From NCBI GenBank assembly GCA_049287005.1, contig JBAQEZ010000001.1:2204-66203 (forward strand): DNA of 64,000 nucleotides, read 5' to 3'. The notes beneath the pieces were generated by a model. The model was not told the DNA's origin. It was given only the letters and a program-made list of their open reading frames with translations, and ran no database searches. A program made the translations under genes and the position numbers. This document shows positions 1 to 7,814 of the stretch, one piece after another. This DNA is from Candidatus Moraniibacteriota bacterium. Its GTDB lineage: Bacteria; Patescibacteriota; Minisyncoccia; Moranbacterales; UBA1568. Each line of letters begins with the position of its first letter. The first letter of the stretch is position 1.

Positions 1-163
1 TTAAACAGAGCGGGACGAGGATAATCCGCAACGCGCAAGACAAAGAAACCAGCGGTATTTTCCAGCCCGTCGCTCGGAACCGGAAACCGATGGATAGTCT
101 TGAGAAAAGCAAAGAGGGAAGCGAGCTGTGTGCGGCCAGTCCTGCTGCCACCCGGCAACAGAC

Positions 164-1117
164 TCACTCTTCCAGGCGACGGAAAAGTCCGTCCAAATCT
201 TCTGGGGAATAATATTCGATAACGATTTTCCCACCTTTCCCGGAAGGAGCAATTTTTACTTTTGTGCCAAGCAGCTGCGTCAGATGCTCCATGCGCTGTA
301 CAATTTCCGGATGGAGTACCGCGGTACTGCGAATATGCGGATTCACGGAAATACTCCGCACCTTCATTTCTGTCTCGCGCACCGTTAGTTCTTCTTTGAT
401 AATCAAATCAAAGACCGCGCGCTGCTTTTCTGGATTTTCTATCGCCAAGAGCGCCTTGGCATGGCCTTCGCTGATCTTCCCCTCGGCCACCGCCCGCTGA
501 ATTTCAATGGGAAGATGGAGCAAGCGGAGCGTATTCGCGACAGTACTGCGGCTCTTGCCCATTTTGATCGCCACCGCTTCTTGCTGCATGCCGAATTCAT
601 CAAGTAACCGCAGAAAAGCTTTTGCTTCTTCGATGGGATTGAGATTGTGCCGCTGAATATTTTCGATAATCGCCAATTCCAGTTTTTGCTGTTCGGTAGC
701 GTCGCGCACAACGACAGGAACGGTTTGCAGCCCGATACGCTTGGCTGCCTGAAACCGACGCTCTCCGGCAATAATCTCATACTGGGCGCCTGCCTGTGTC
801 ACGACGAGCGGCTGCAGAATCCCATGTTCTTTAATCGATTGCGCCAACTCATCAAGTTTGGATTCATCGAAATTGAGGCGGGGCTGATGCGGGTTCGGTA
901 CGATTTTTTCAACGGAGATTTCCATCGCTCTCCCGTTGCCACCTTCTCCTGTCGTAGCCGAAAAAATAGATGCCGACGACGCAGATACGAGAGGCTGCGG
1001 AATCGACTGCGCTACCGCGGTCGCATGGAAAGGCGACGAAATTTCTCCATCTTCAGCTTTTTTTTTCGGCGGTATCAGCGAGGCCAATCCCCGTCCGAGA
1101 CCATATTGTTGCGCCAT
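164..1117 (-). CDS. parB: Chromosome partitioning protein ParB (Spo0J-like)
   Basis: 317-aa ORF with a ParB/Spo0J box (LAIIENIQRHNLNPIEEAKAF) and an HTH segment; sits directly downstream of parA. Confidence 0.85.
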   Translation of the reverse strand: MAQQYGLGRGLASLIPPKKKAEDGEISSPFHATAVAQSIPQPLVSASSASIFSATTGEGGNGRAMEISVEKIVPNPHQPRLNFDESKLDELAQSIKEHGILQPLVVTQAGAQYEIIAGERRFQAAKRIGLQTVPVVVRDATEQQKLELAIIENIQRHNLNPIEEAKAFLRLLDEFGMQQEAVAIKMGKSRSTVANTLRLLHLPIEIQRAVAEGKISEGHAKALLAIENPEKQRAVFDLIIKEELTVRETEMKVRSISVNPHIRSTAVLHPEIVQRMEHLTQLLGTKVKIAPSGKGGKIVIEYYSPEDLDGLFRRLEE

Positions 1118-1261
1118 AATAACAAAATCAAAGTTTAAAAATCAAAATGAAAAATGACAATTTAAAATGCAAAAAGATGAAATGTCAAAATTATTCCGAA
1201 TTTTAATAATTTTTTATTTTGCATTGTCATTTTGATTTTTGATATTTACATTTTACATTTA
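1118..1261. repeat. AT-rich parA-parB intergenic region carrying the 23-nt motif AAAAATCAAAATGAAAAATGACA (1137-1159) and an inverted partial copy (~1205-1240)
   Basis: Direct reading of the sequence. An exact second copy of the motif occurs at 6448-6470. An inverted AAAAATCAAAATGACAATGCAAAA copy is on the opposite strand. Confidence 0.7.
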
Positions 1262-2053
1262 CTAGAGTACTTTCAGCTTCTTCTTCTCCTCTTCTTCCCA
1301 TGCGAGTATTTCTCGTACCACTCCTTTGTACGCACGCGCACCCTTGGAAAAGGCATCGAAATCCAGAATAGATTTTCCGAAACTCGGAGCCTCGGCAAGA
1401 CGCACCGAACGCGGTATCACGCTTTCGAACACCGGCCCGGGAAAATGTGTCCGCACCTCGGATACGACTTGCCGCGCCAGACGATTGCGCCGATCATAGA
1501 GTGTCAGTAATGCTCCCATAATTTTCAGATGCGGTTGCAAATTTTCACGTACCAACTCGATCGTACCGAGCAGCTGGCTGAGCCCCTCCAGCGCATAATA
1601 CTCCGTCTGGACGGGGATGACTATCTCGTCAGAAGCGACCAAACCGTTGATCGTGAGCAATCCCAAAGAAGGAGGACTATCGATCAAAATATAATCGTAG
1701 TAGGATCGTATCTGACGCAAAACATTGTACAGACGGAACTCGCGATTCTCGATGTGTACCATCTCGATTTCCGCCCCTGCCAGATCCTGTGCCGACGGGA
1801 TGATGTGCAGGTTTTCCGCGTCTGTCCGCAGAATGATTTCTTGTGGTGGCAGACCGAGGATCATCGCGTGATAGAGATTCTTTTTCAAACTCCGGGCATC
1901 GATACCCAGTCCCGAAGAAGCGTTGCCTTGCGGGTCCAAATCCACCAAGAGCACCTTCTTGCCTGCTTCGGCAAGATAATGGGCAACATTAATCGTCGAA
2001 GTAGTCTTGCCTACCCCGCCCTTCTGATTGACGAATCCGATGATCTTTGCCAT
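1262..2053 (-). CDS. parA: ParA/Soj family partitioning ATPase
   Basis: N-terminal deviant Walker A (KIIGFVNQKGGVGKTTSTINVA); 263 aa. Confidence 0.9.
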   Translation of the reverse strand: MAKIIGFVNQKGGVGKTTSTINVAHYLAEAGKKVLLVDLDPQGNASSGLGIDARSLKKNLYHAMILGLPPQEIILRTDAENLHIIPSAQDLAGAEIEMVHIENREFRLYNVLRQIRSYYDYILIDSPPSLGLLTINGLVASDEIVIPVQTEYYALEGLSQLLGTIELVRENLQPHLKIMGALLTLYDRRNRLARQVVSEVRTHFPGPVFESVIPRSVRLAEAPSFGKSILDFDAFSKGARAYKGVVREILAWEEEEKKKLKVL

Positions 2054-2250
2054 AGATAGCTTGTAACCTGTAGCTTATGAGCCGGTAGACTTAAAGTGAA
2101 GCGCCGACAAGCATTCTTATACTTTCCCTCAGAAGCTAAAAAACTACCGCCTAAGAAGCTTTCGTTATTATAGTCCATTGACAAATGATTATCAATTTTC
2201 TATCCTGCTTCTATGTCTACGGACAGTCTGGGGCTCAACACAAAGGAAAT

Positions 2251-2336
2251 GCCGAGGTGGTGGAATGGTAGACACACGGGACTCAAAATCCCGCGATAGC
2301 AATATCATGAGGGTTCAAGTCCCTCCCTCGGCACCC
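2251..2336 (+). tRNA. tRNA-Leu (anticodon CAA), long variable arm
   Basis: GCCGAGGTGGTGGAATGGTAGACAC...CTCAAAATCCC...GGTTCAAGTCCCTCCCTCGGCACCA folds as a cloverleaf with a CAA anticodon loop and a long extra arm. Confidence 0.85.
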
Positions 2337-2340
2337 ATAA

Positions 2341-2380
2341 AAAACAGCTCACCATCCGGTCAGCTGTTTTTAATTTTTCT
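2341..2380. terminator. Bidirectional intrinsic terminator (AAAACAGCT/AGCTGTTTT stem plus T-tract) after tRNA-Leu; also ends folD
   Basis: Perfect 9-bp inverted repeat with a 12-nt loop followed by TTTTTAATTTTT. Confidence 0.7.
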
Positions 2381-3206
2381 TCAGAGCCGCATCGGTCACG
2401 CGAGCGAGGAGCGAGGCGACGGTCACAGGACCGACGCCGCCCGGCACCGGAGAAAGCCACTTCGCTTTGTTGACAACACTGGCGTGGTGTACGTCGCCGA
2501 CGACTTTTCCGTCGAGATGACTGATGCCGCCATCGATAACGATACTCTCTGGAGCAAGCATCTCTCCCGTAATCAGATTCGCGATACCGCACGCGGTCAC
2601 GACCACCCGTGCCGCTTGTGTTTTTTCTGCAATGATTTCCTTTTTTTCAGAACTCAGTATATACTCGCTTGCCAAGCCTTCGAGGGCGAGCGCTTGTGCC
2701 ATAATTTTTCCCAGGAGATCAGAATTGGCTATGACCAGTCCTTTCTCGCCGATATAATATCCTCTTCCCGTACGCAGTAACTCGAGCATAGCGCGTGGAA
2801 ATACCGGACACGCTTCGATATCCCCCGTAAAAAAACGCCGCAGAGTTTCCTCATGAAAACCGTCCGTGTCTTTGTTCGGATCGATACGCGCGATAATCTC
2901 ATCCGTATCCAAACCTTCCGGAAGCGGCAGCTGCACGATAATCCCATGGATGTCACCGCGCTGATTGAGCGTATCGATACGCCGCGTGACGTCATCCGTA
3001 GCTGTCGCCGCAGGAAACAAGAATTTTTCAAAATAAATGCCGACGGCTTGCGCCGCTTTTTCCTTGAGATTCACGTACAGATGAGATGAAGTATCATCCC
3101 CTACCAGAATCACGGCCAGCCCCGGAGCGATGCCGGCTGCCGCGATCCGCTCTTGCGTTTCCGAGAGAATCTTATCGGCTATCGGTTTTCCATACAAAAG
3201 CGCCAT
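2370..3206 (-). CDS. folD: Bifunctional methylenetetrahydrofolate dehydrogenase/cyclohydrolase FolD
   Basis: MALLYGKPIADKI start within the 341-aa ORF; FolD-like sequence with a GGVGPVT motif. The likely start is the Met at 3206. Confidence 0.85.
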   Translation of the reverse strand: MALLYGKPIADKILSETQERIAAAGIAPGLAVILVGDDTSSHLYVNLKEKAAQAVGIYFEKFLFPAATATDDVTRRIDTLNQRGDIHGIIVQLPLPEGLDTDEIIARIDPNKDTDGFHEETLRRFFTGDIEACPVFPRAMLELLRTGRGYYIGEKGLVIANSDLLGKIMAQALALEGLASEYILSSEKKEIIAEKTQAARVVVTACGIANLITGEMLAPESIVIDGGISHLDGKVVGDVHHASVVNKAKWLSPVPGGVGPVTVASLLARVTDAALKKN

Positions 3207-3246
3207 AGATACGAAAGTAAAAAATCGTGAGTGAAAAGCGCCAAAA

Positions 3247-3735
3247 TTACAGCGCGTCGAAATATTTCTGAGAAAATCGTTCCCATGCTTTTGGAAAAAT
3301 ATATTCGCAAACAACATACGTCGTGGCAGCCGCGATCGCCATGCTCCCGAAAATATCGGTAAAATGATGGATTCCCGCGAACACCCGCGAAGCACCCACC
3401 AGAAACGCTATGATGAACAGCGTGTTGCCGATCTTACGATTAAAAAGAAATATCACCGCCGCGACGGCACTCCCGAGGAGCGTATGATCCGAAGGGAAAC
3501 CGTTGTCCGCATCGTGCGGCAAAAGCGGAGCAAATTGTCCGACGACGAACGGCCGCGGATCGTAATACAGCTGGCTCAAAATTTTTGCCGCTATGTACGT
3601 AAGCGGTAACGCGATGGCAGCGCACAGAATAATTTTCCAGCGCTGCTCTCTCGGTTGACGCCAGATATATGCGAGCGCGACAAGAACAATAAGCAGATAG
3701 AGATATTGCGCTCCAAAAATAATAATGGTTTCCAT
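3247..3735 (-). CDS. PAP2-family phosphatase (undecaprenyl-diphosphatase-like) membrane protein
   Basis: PSDH and SRVFAGIHHFTDI motifs (PAP2 signature); multiple TM helices. Confidence 0.7.
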   Translation of the reverse strand: METIIIFGAQYLYLLIVLVALAYIWRQPREQRWKIILCAAIALPLTYIAAKILSQLYYDPRPFVVGQFAPLLPHDADNGFPSDHTLLGSAVAAVIFLFNRKIGNTLFIIAFLVGASRVFAGIHHFTDIFGSMAIAAATTYVVCEYIFPKAWERFSQKYFDAL

Positions 3736-3791
3736 AAAATTGAAATAGTATTTTCCTAAAATTCTTGGAAAAATAATGGTTCAAAATAGCC

Positions 3792-4463
3792 TCAAAACAG
3801 CGTTCCGAACGGCTTGATATCGGCCAGCGGCGCGTGCTCTGTTTTGGCTGATTCCAACAGTTTCTTGTTACCGTGTAACTCAGCCAAATACTCCCAATTG
3901 CGGAATTCCGGATATTTTTCCAATTGTTTTTCCAGAATTTCCACTGTGACGCGCACATCTCCCGCTCCCGTATGAGCATTCACATGCTCCTTCCCGCAGT
4001 AGAGTTTGTACGCGGCACCGAGATTACGCGGCGCGAACATATCACGCACTTCCATTTTGTGATAGAGAATTTTCGCATCCAGCACTCTCTTCGATGTAAA
4101 ATCGAAATTTTTCCCCACCGAGGAGAACTCGCCCTTGAGAAACGGCAGATCGAATCCCGTGATATTGAATCCACCGACATCCGCCCCCTCGAACATGCTC
4201 CACAGTTCATACGAGAGTTTGGCGAAACTCGGCGCGTCCGCCACGTCCTTATCATAGATGCCATTGATGCGGCTCGCTACTTCTGGAATCGGTTTCCCGG
4301 GGTTGATCCGCTGGCAATACGCCACGATTTCTCCGCTGGGCATGATTTTCTCGTACGCGATCTCAATGATCTTATCCTCCCCCGCAGCCAGCCCGGTCGT
4401 TTCCAAATCAAAAATAACTAGCGGACGATCAAGTGGTAAATATTGTGCTATAGTGGATCTCAT
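3792..4463 (-). CDS. DEDDh 3'-5' exonuclease (DnaQ / Pol III epsilon-like)
   Basis: VIFDLETTGL Exo I motif; HTGAGDVRVT Exo III-like motif. Confidence 0.75.
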   Translation of the reverse strand: MRSTIAQYLPLDRPLVIFDLETTGLAAGEDKIIEIAYEKIMPSGEIVAYCQRINPGKPIPEVASRINGIYDKDVADAPSFAKLSYELWSMFEGADVGGFNITGFDLPFLKGEFSSVGKNFDFTSKRVLDAKILYHKMEVRDMFAPRNLGAAYKLYCGKEHVNAHTGAGDVRVTVEILEKQLEKYPEFRNWEYLAELHGNKKLLESAKTEHAPLADIKPFGTLF

Positions 4464-4598
4464 ACTGTGGCAAAAGATAACAAAAAAAACAAAGAATGTG
4501 CTTAGTGTAGCACTCTTTCAGAACTCTGCCTAGGCTCGATGGTTTCGGGAAATCGCTCGGGAGGTTTCGTCTTTTACCCTTCTGATCTGGGTCATACT

Positions 4599-6428
4599 CT
4601 ATTCTACCGTCACGCTTTTTGCTAAGTTTCTCGGCTTATCGATGTCGTAGCCGCGTTCCACGGCGACGAAATACGCAAATAATTGCAATGGGATAACCGC
4701 TACAAGCGGCGTCAGCATCTCCAGCGTCTTGGGGACATAAATCACATCAGTCGCTTTCTTGGCGATGGCCGTATCCCCTGCCGTAGCGATGGCGAGGATT
4801 TTTCCACCTCGCGCGAGGATCTCTTCCATGCCGCTGATATTCTTTTCATAAACGCTGTCTTTGGGAATGATCATCAGAGATACCACCGATGCGTCGATGA
4901 GCGCGATCGGTCCGTGTTTCATTTCTCCCGTCGGATATCCCTGCGCTGGCACATAGGCGATCTCCTTGATCTTGAGCGCTCCCTCCAGCGCATTGGGGAA
5001 ATTATATTTCCGTCCCAGATACAGATAGTGGGGCTGCTGGGCATATTTTTTGGCCAATTTTTTGATCTCTTTCACTTGCTCGAGCACTTTTTCTATGTCT
5101 CTCGGAATATTTTCGAGCTCTTTGATGATACGTTTCCCCATCACCAGAGACAGGCCCCGCTGGCGCCCCAAATACAGCGTAAGCAGCGACAAAATCGCCA
5201 GCTGCGAAGTGAACGCCTTCGTGGAAGCAACGGAAATCTCCGGGCCGGCATGACAGTACACGCCCGCATCTGTTTCTCGGGCGATCGTCGAACCGACGAC
5301 ATTCACGATACCGATCGTCAAAGCGCCTTTTTCTTTGGCCTCTCGAATCGCGGCCAACGTATCGGCCGTCTCGCCTGATTGCGAAATAGCGACAATGAGC
5401 GTTTTTTTGTCCAAGAGTGGCTTACGATAACGAAATTCCGAGGCCATCTCCACTTCGGTTGGGATGCCGGCGTATTCTTCGAGCATGTATTCGCCTACCA
5501 GACCAGAATGATAGGAAGTCCCGCACGAAACAATGATGATCCGATTGATGGAACGCAAACGCTTCTCTACCGTCCGCAGCCCACCGAGCCGTGCCCTGCC
5601 GTCCTCCGGCATCAGGCGTCCGCGCAGCGCGTCCGTAAAGCTTTGTGGCTGATCGAAAATCTCTTTCAGCATGAAGTGCGGATATCCGTTATGTTCGGCC
5701 ACCGTTTTGTCCCACTCCAGTATCAATTCCTCTTTTTCTTTCTTCCGGCTCGAAAACGTTTTTACCGCATAGCCGTCCTTTCTGATCACGGCGATCTCGC
5801 CATCATCGAGGTACACGACGCGTTTCACGTCGCCCACCATCGCCGACACGTCGGACGCGATGAACATCTCCTCATGCCCGATACCGATGACGAGAGGGCT
5901 GCTCAGGCGGGCCACCAGCATCACTTCGGGATCTTTCGCCGAAATGGCGACGATGCCATAGGCTCCTTTCAGCTGCTTGAGCGTTTTCACGAAGGCTTCT
6001 TCGAAAGAAAGCGTTTTCATGTCCTCTTCCAAGAGATGAGCGATCACTTCCGTATCCGTCTCGGAGCGGAACTTGTGTCCTCTCTTTTCAAGGATATCTT
6101 TCAATTCTCGATAATTCTCGATGATGCCATTGTGCACCACGGCCACCGCTCCGGTGCAATCGACGTGCGGATGGGCATTCTTTTCCGACGGCTTGCCGTG
6201 GGTCGCCCAGCGCGTATGCGCGATACCGATACCGCCGGCGTACGTGCTGCCCTCCATTTTCGATTCCAGCATCGCCACCTTGCCGAGCGCTTTTATGGCC
6301 TTGATTTTTCCTTTTTCCAAAAATGCCACACCGGCCGAATCATAGCCGCGATATTCCAAACGCTTGAGCCCCTCGATGAGAAAATCCTTTGCTGGCCGCT
6401 TCCCGAAATAGCCTACGATGCCGCACAT
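4599..6428 (-). CDS. glmS: Glutamine--fructose-6-phosphate aminotransferase GlmS
   Basis: MCGIVGY N-terminal nucleophile; two SIS domains; 609 aa. Confidence 0.95.
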   Translation of the reverse strand: MCGIVGYFGKRPAKDFLIEGLKRLEYRGYDSAGVAFLEKGKIKAIKALGKVAMLESKMEGSTYAGGIGIAHTRWATHGKPSEKNAHPHVDCTGAVAVVHNGIIENYRELKDILEKRGHKFRSETDTEVIAHLLEEDMKTLSFEEAFVKTLKQLKGAYGIVAISAKDPEVMLVARLSSPLVIGIGHEEMFIASDVSAMVGDVKRVVYLDDGEIAVIRKDGYAVKTFSSRKKEKEELILEWDKTVAEHNGYPHFMLKEIFDQPQSFTDALRGRLMPEDGRARLGGLRTVEKRLRSINRIIIVSCGTSYHSGLVGEYMLEEYAGIPTEVEMASEFRYRKPLLDKKTLIVAISQSGETADTLAAIREAKEKGALTIGIVNVVGSTIARETDAGVYCHAGPEISVASTKAFTSQLAILSLLTLYLGRQRGLSLVMGKRIIKELENIPRDIEKVLEQVKEIKKLAKKYAQQPHYLYLGRKYNFPNALEGALKIKEIAYVPAQGYPTGEMKHGPIALIDASVVSLMIIPKDSVYEKNISGMEEILARGGKILAIATAGDTAIAKKATDVIYVPKTLEMLTPLVAVIPLQLFAYFVAVERGYDIDKPRNLAKSVTVE

Positions 6429-6447
6429 AGTATTAGAATTAAAATGT

Positions 6448-6470
6448 AAAAATCAAAATGAAAAATGACA
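6448..6470. repeat. Second exact copy of the 23-nt AT-rich motif, 20 nt upstream of the glmS start
   Basis: Identical 23-mer to 1137-1159, with the same 20-nt spacing to the downstream minus-strand start codon. Confidence 0.7.
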
Positions 6471-6479
6471 GATAAAAAT

Positions 6480-7118
6480 TCAAAGATTTTTCAAAATTCC
6501 CCATGCTTCCTTTAAGTCACTTGCGATATAATCACAAAATTCGTTCGGCCCTTCATGATAACGCCCTTCTTCGCGCTGTATACAAACCGTCCGTATTTTT
6601 GGGAAAACTCGCTTCACACTTTCAATAAAGTGTATTCTATCATCAAAAAACCAAGCGTTCTTCCCATCATCGTTGATCTCGCTTTGAAGAGCCTTCGCCT
6701 TGTCCTTATCTGTTATGATATTCCGCTCTATGAATTGTGAGATGCCGGTTCCTGAAATTTTAGTTGACTGGAAATCTGCGTCACCAAATGAAAGGATAAA
6801 TATTTTATAACCGCTTTTTTTCAGTGATGATAGGAAGCCCTTTACGTCAGAAAAGAGAAATTTTTCCGTATCAGCAACATATATTCCTAACTCCTTCCGC
6901 AAACCCTCCTCATCGAAAGACAATTGTTTTCGTAACCTTTCAATATGCATCTCGCAAGAATAACACCACCCACCCACAGGAAACTCAGCCCTTATCTCCT
7001 GATACGATGCCCGAAATAATTCTTTCGAAATTCCGAACTCTTCAAAGATATCTTGCAAACCGTCAGAAAACGCACGCGTATTAAAAAGTAAGTCATCAAA
7101 ATCCAAAAATATTTTCAT
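6480..7118 (-). CDS. HAD-superfamily hydrolase
   Basis: N-terminal KIFLDFDDLLF (HAD motif I DxD); 212 aa. Confidence 0.55.
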   Translation of the reverse strand: MKIFLDFDDLLFNTRAFSDGLQDIFEEFGISKELFRASYQEIRAEFPVGGWCYSCEMHIERLRKQLSFDEEGLRKELGIYVADTEKFLFSDVKGFLSSLKKSGYKIFILSFGDADFQSTKISGTGISQFIERNIITDKDKAKALQSEINDDGKNAWFFDDRIHFIESVKRVFPKIRTVCIQREEGRYHEGPNEFCDYIASDLKEAWGILKNL

Positions 7119-7795
7119 AGAAATGCCGCGATCTGTTGTTGCGCTTTCTGCAGCGCTTCCGGGCTGCCGATCGGAAACCAGGTTTTGGTCCGCTCGACGG
7201 CGATGTCGTATTTGTCACGCATCTGCACCAGCGTCTGCGGCAACCCGAATTCCCTCTGTGATATCGGCACCAGCGGGTACTCGAAAAAATGCCTGTTGAG
7301 CACATAGGCTCCGGTATTGACGAGCGTGTATTCGGCGGGATGCGGTTTTTCGATGATCCTCACGAGCTTGCCATGAGCATCAGTTTGGAGCACTCCGAAT
7401 TGGCTCGAATCCTCCATTTCGCAGGCGAGCACCGCGAGATCATGCCCGAGCATCCGCTCCAGATCTTCCCTGAGATACAGATCATCACCCATCAGGACCA
7501 GGAATTTTTCCCCGACGATATCTTTCATGAGATGGAGCGTCCCGCCCGTGCCATTCAATTCCCGCTGTTCCACATAACGGATGGGTTTCCCGCCGTAGGT
7601 CTCTCCGAAATACTCCCGGATCACCTCACCGCGATGGCCGATCACCAGAATGATCTCCGTGATAGCCTCCGGCAGCGTCTGCAAAGAATATTCCAATTTC
7701 GGCTTATTTTGAATCAAAAGCATCGGCTTGGGGATATTCTCCGTCAACTCCCCCATCCGCACTCCTCTCCCCGCCGCGAGAATAACGCACTGCAT
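7115..7795 (-). CDS. Sugar-phosphate nucleotidyltransferase (NTP-transferase domain, GlmU N-terminal domain-like)
   Basis: VILAAGRGVRMG...KPM glycine-rich loop; 4-nt overlap with the downstream HAD gene; same operon as glmS. Confidence 0.7.
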   Translation of the reverse strand: MQCVILAAGRGVRMGELTENIPKPMLLIQNKPKLEYSLQTLPEAITEIILVIGHRGEVIREYFGETYGGKPIRYVEQRELNGTGGTLHLMKDIVGEKFLVLMGDDLYLREDLERMLGHDLAVLACEMEDSSQFGVLQTDAHGKLVRIIEKPHPAEYTLVNTGAYVLNRHFFEYPLVPISQREFGLPQTLVQMRDKYDIAVERTKTWFPIGSPEALQKAQQQIAAFL

Positions 7796-7814
7796 ATCAT
7801 TAGAAAAACAGAAG

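Noticed and set aside
1-252. 83-aa minus-strand ORF overlapping the 3' end of parB
   Set aside because: Out-of-frame overlap with the well-supported parB C-terminus; Cys/Ser-rich junk composition.
1118-1261. Canonical parS centromere in the parA-parB spacer
   Set aside because: No match to TGTTNCACGTGAAACA. The repeats here are a different AT-rich motif, reported as a finding instead.
5379-6449. 356-aa '+'-strand ORF
   Set aside because: Entirely antisense to glmS, whose protein is unmistakable; no motifs; typical long antisense ORF in GC-biased coding DNA.
6429-6479. glmS ribozyme upstream of glmS
   Set aside because: Only ~50 nt of AT-rich spacer precedes the start codon; this is far too short and lacks the conserved ribozyme core.
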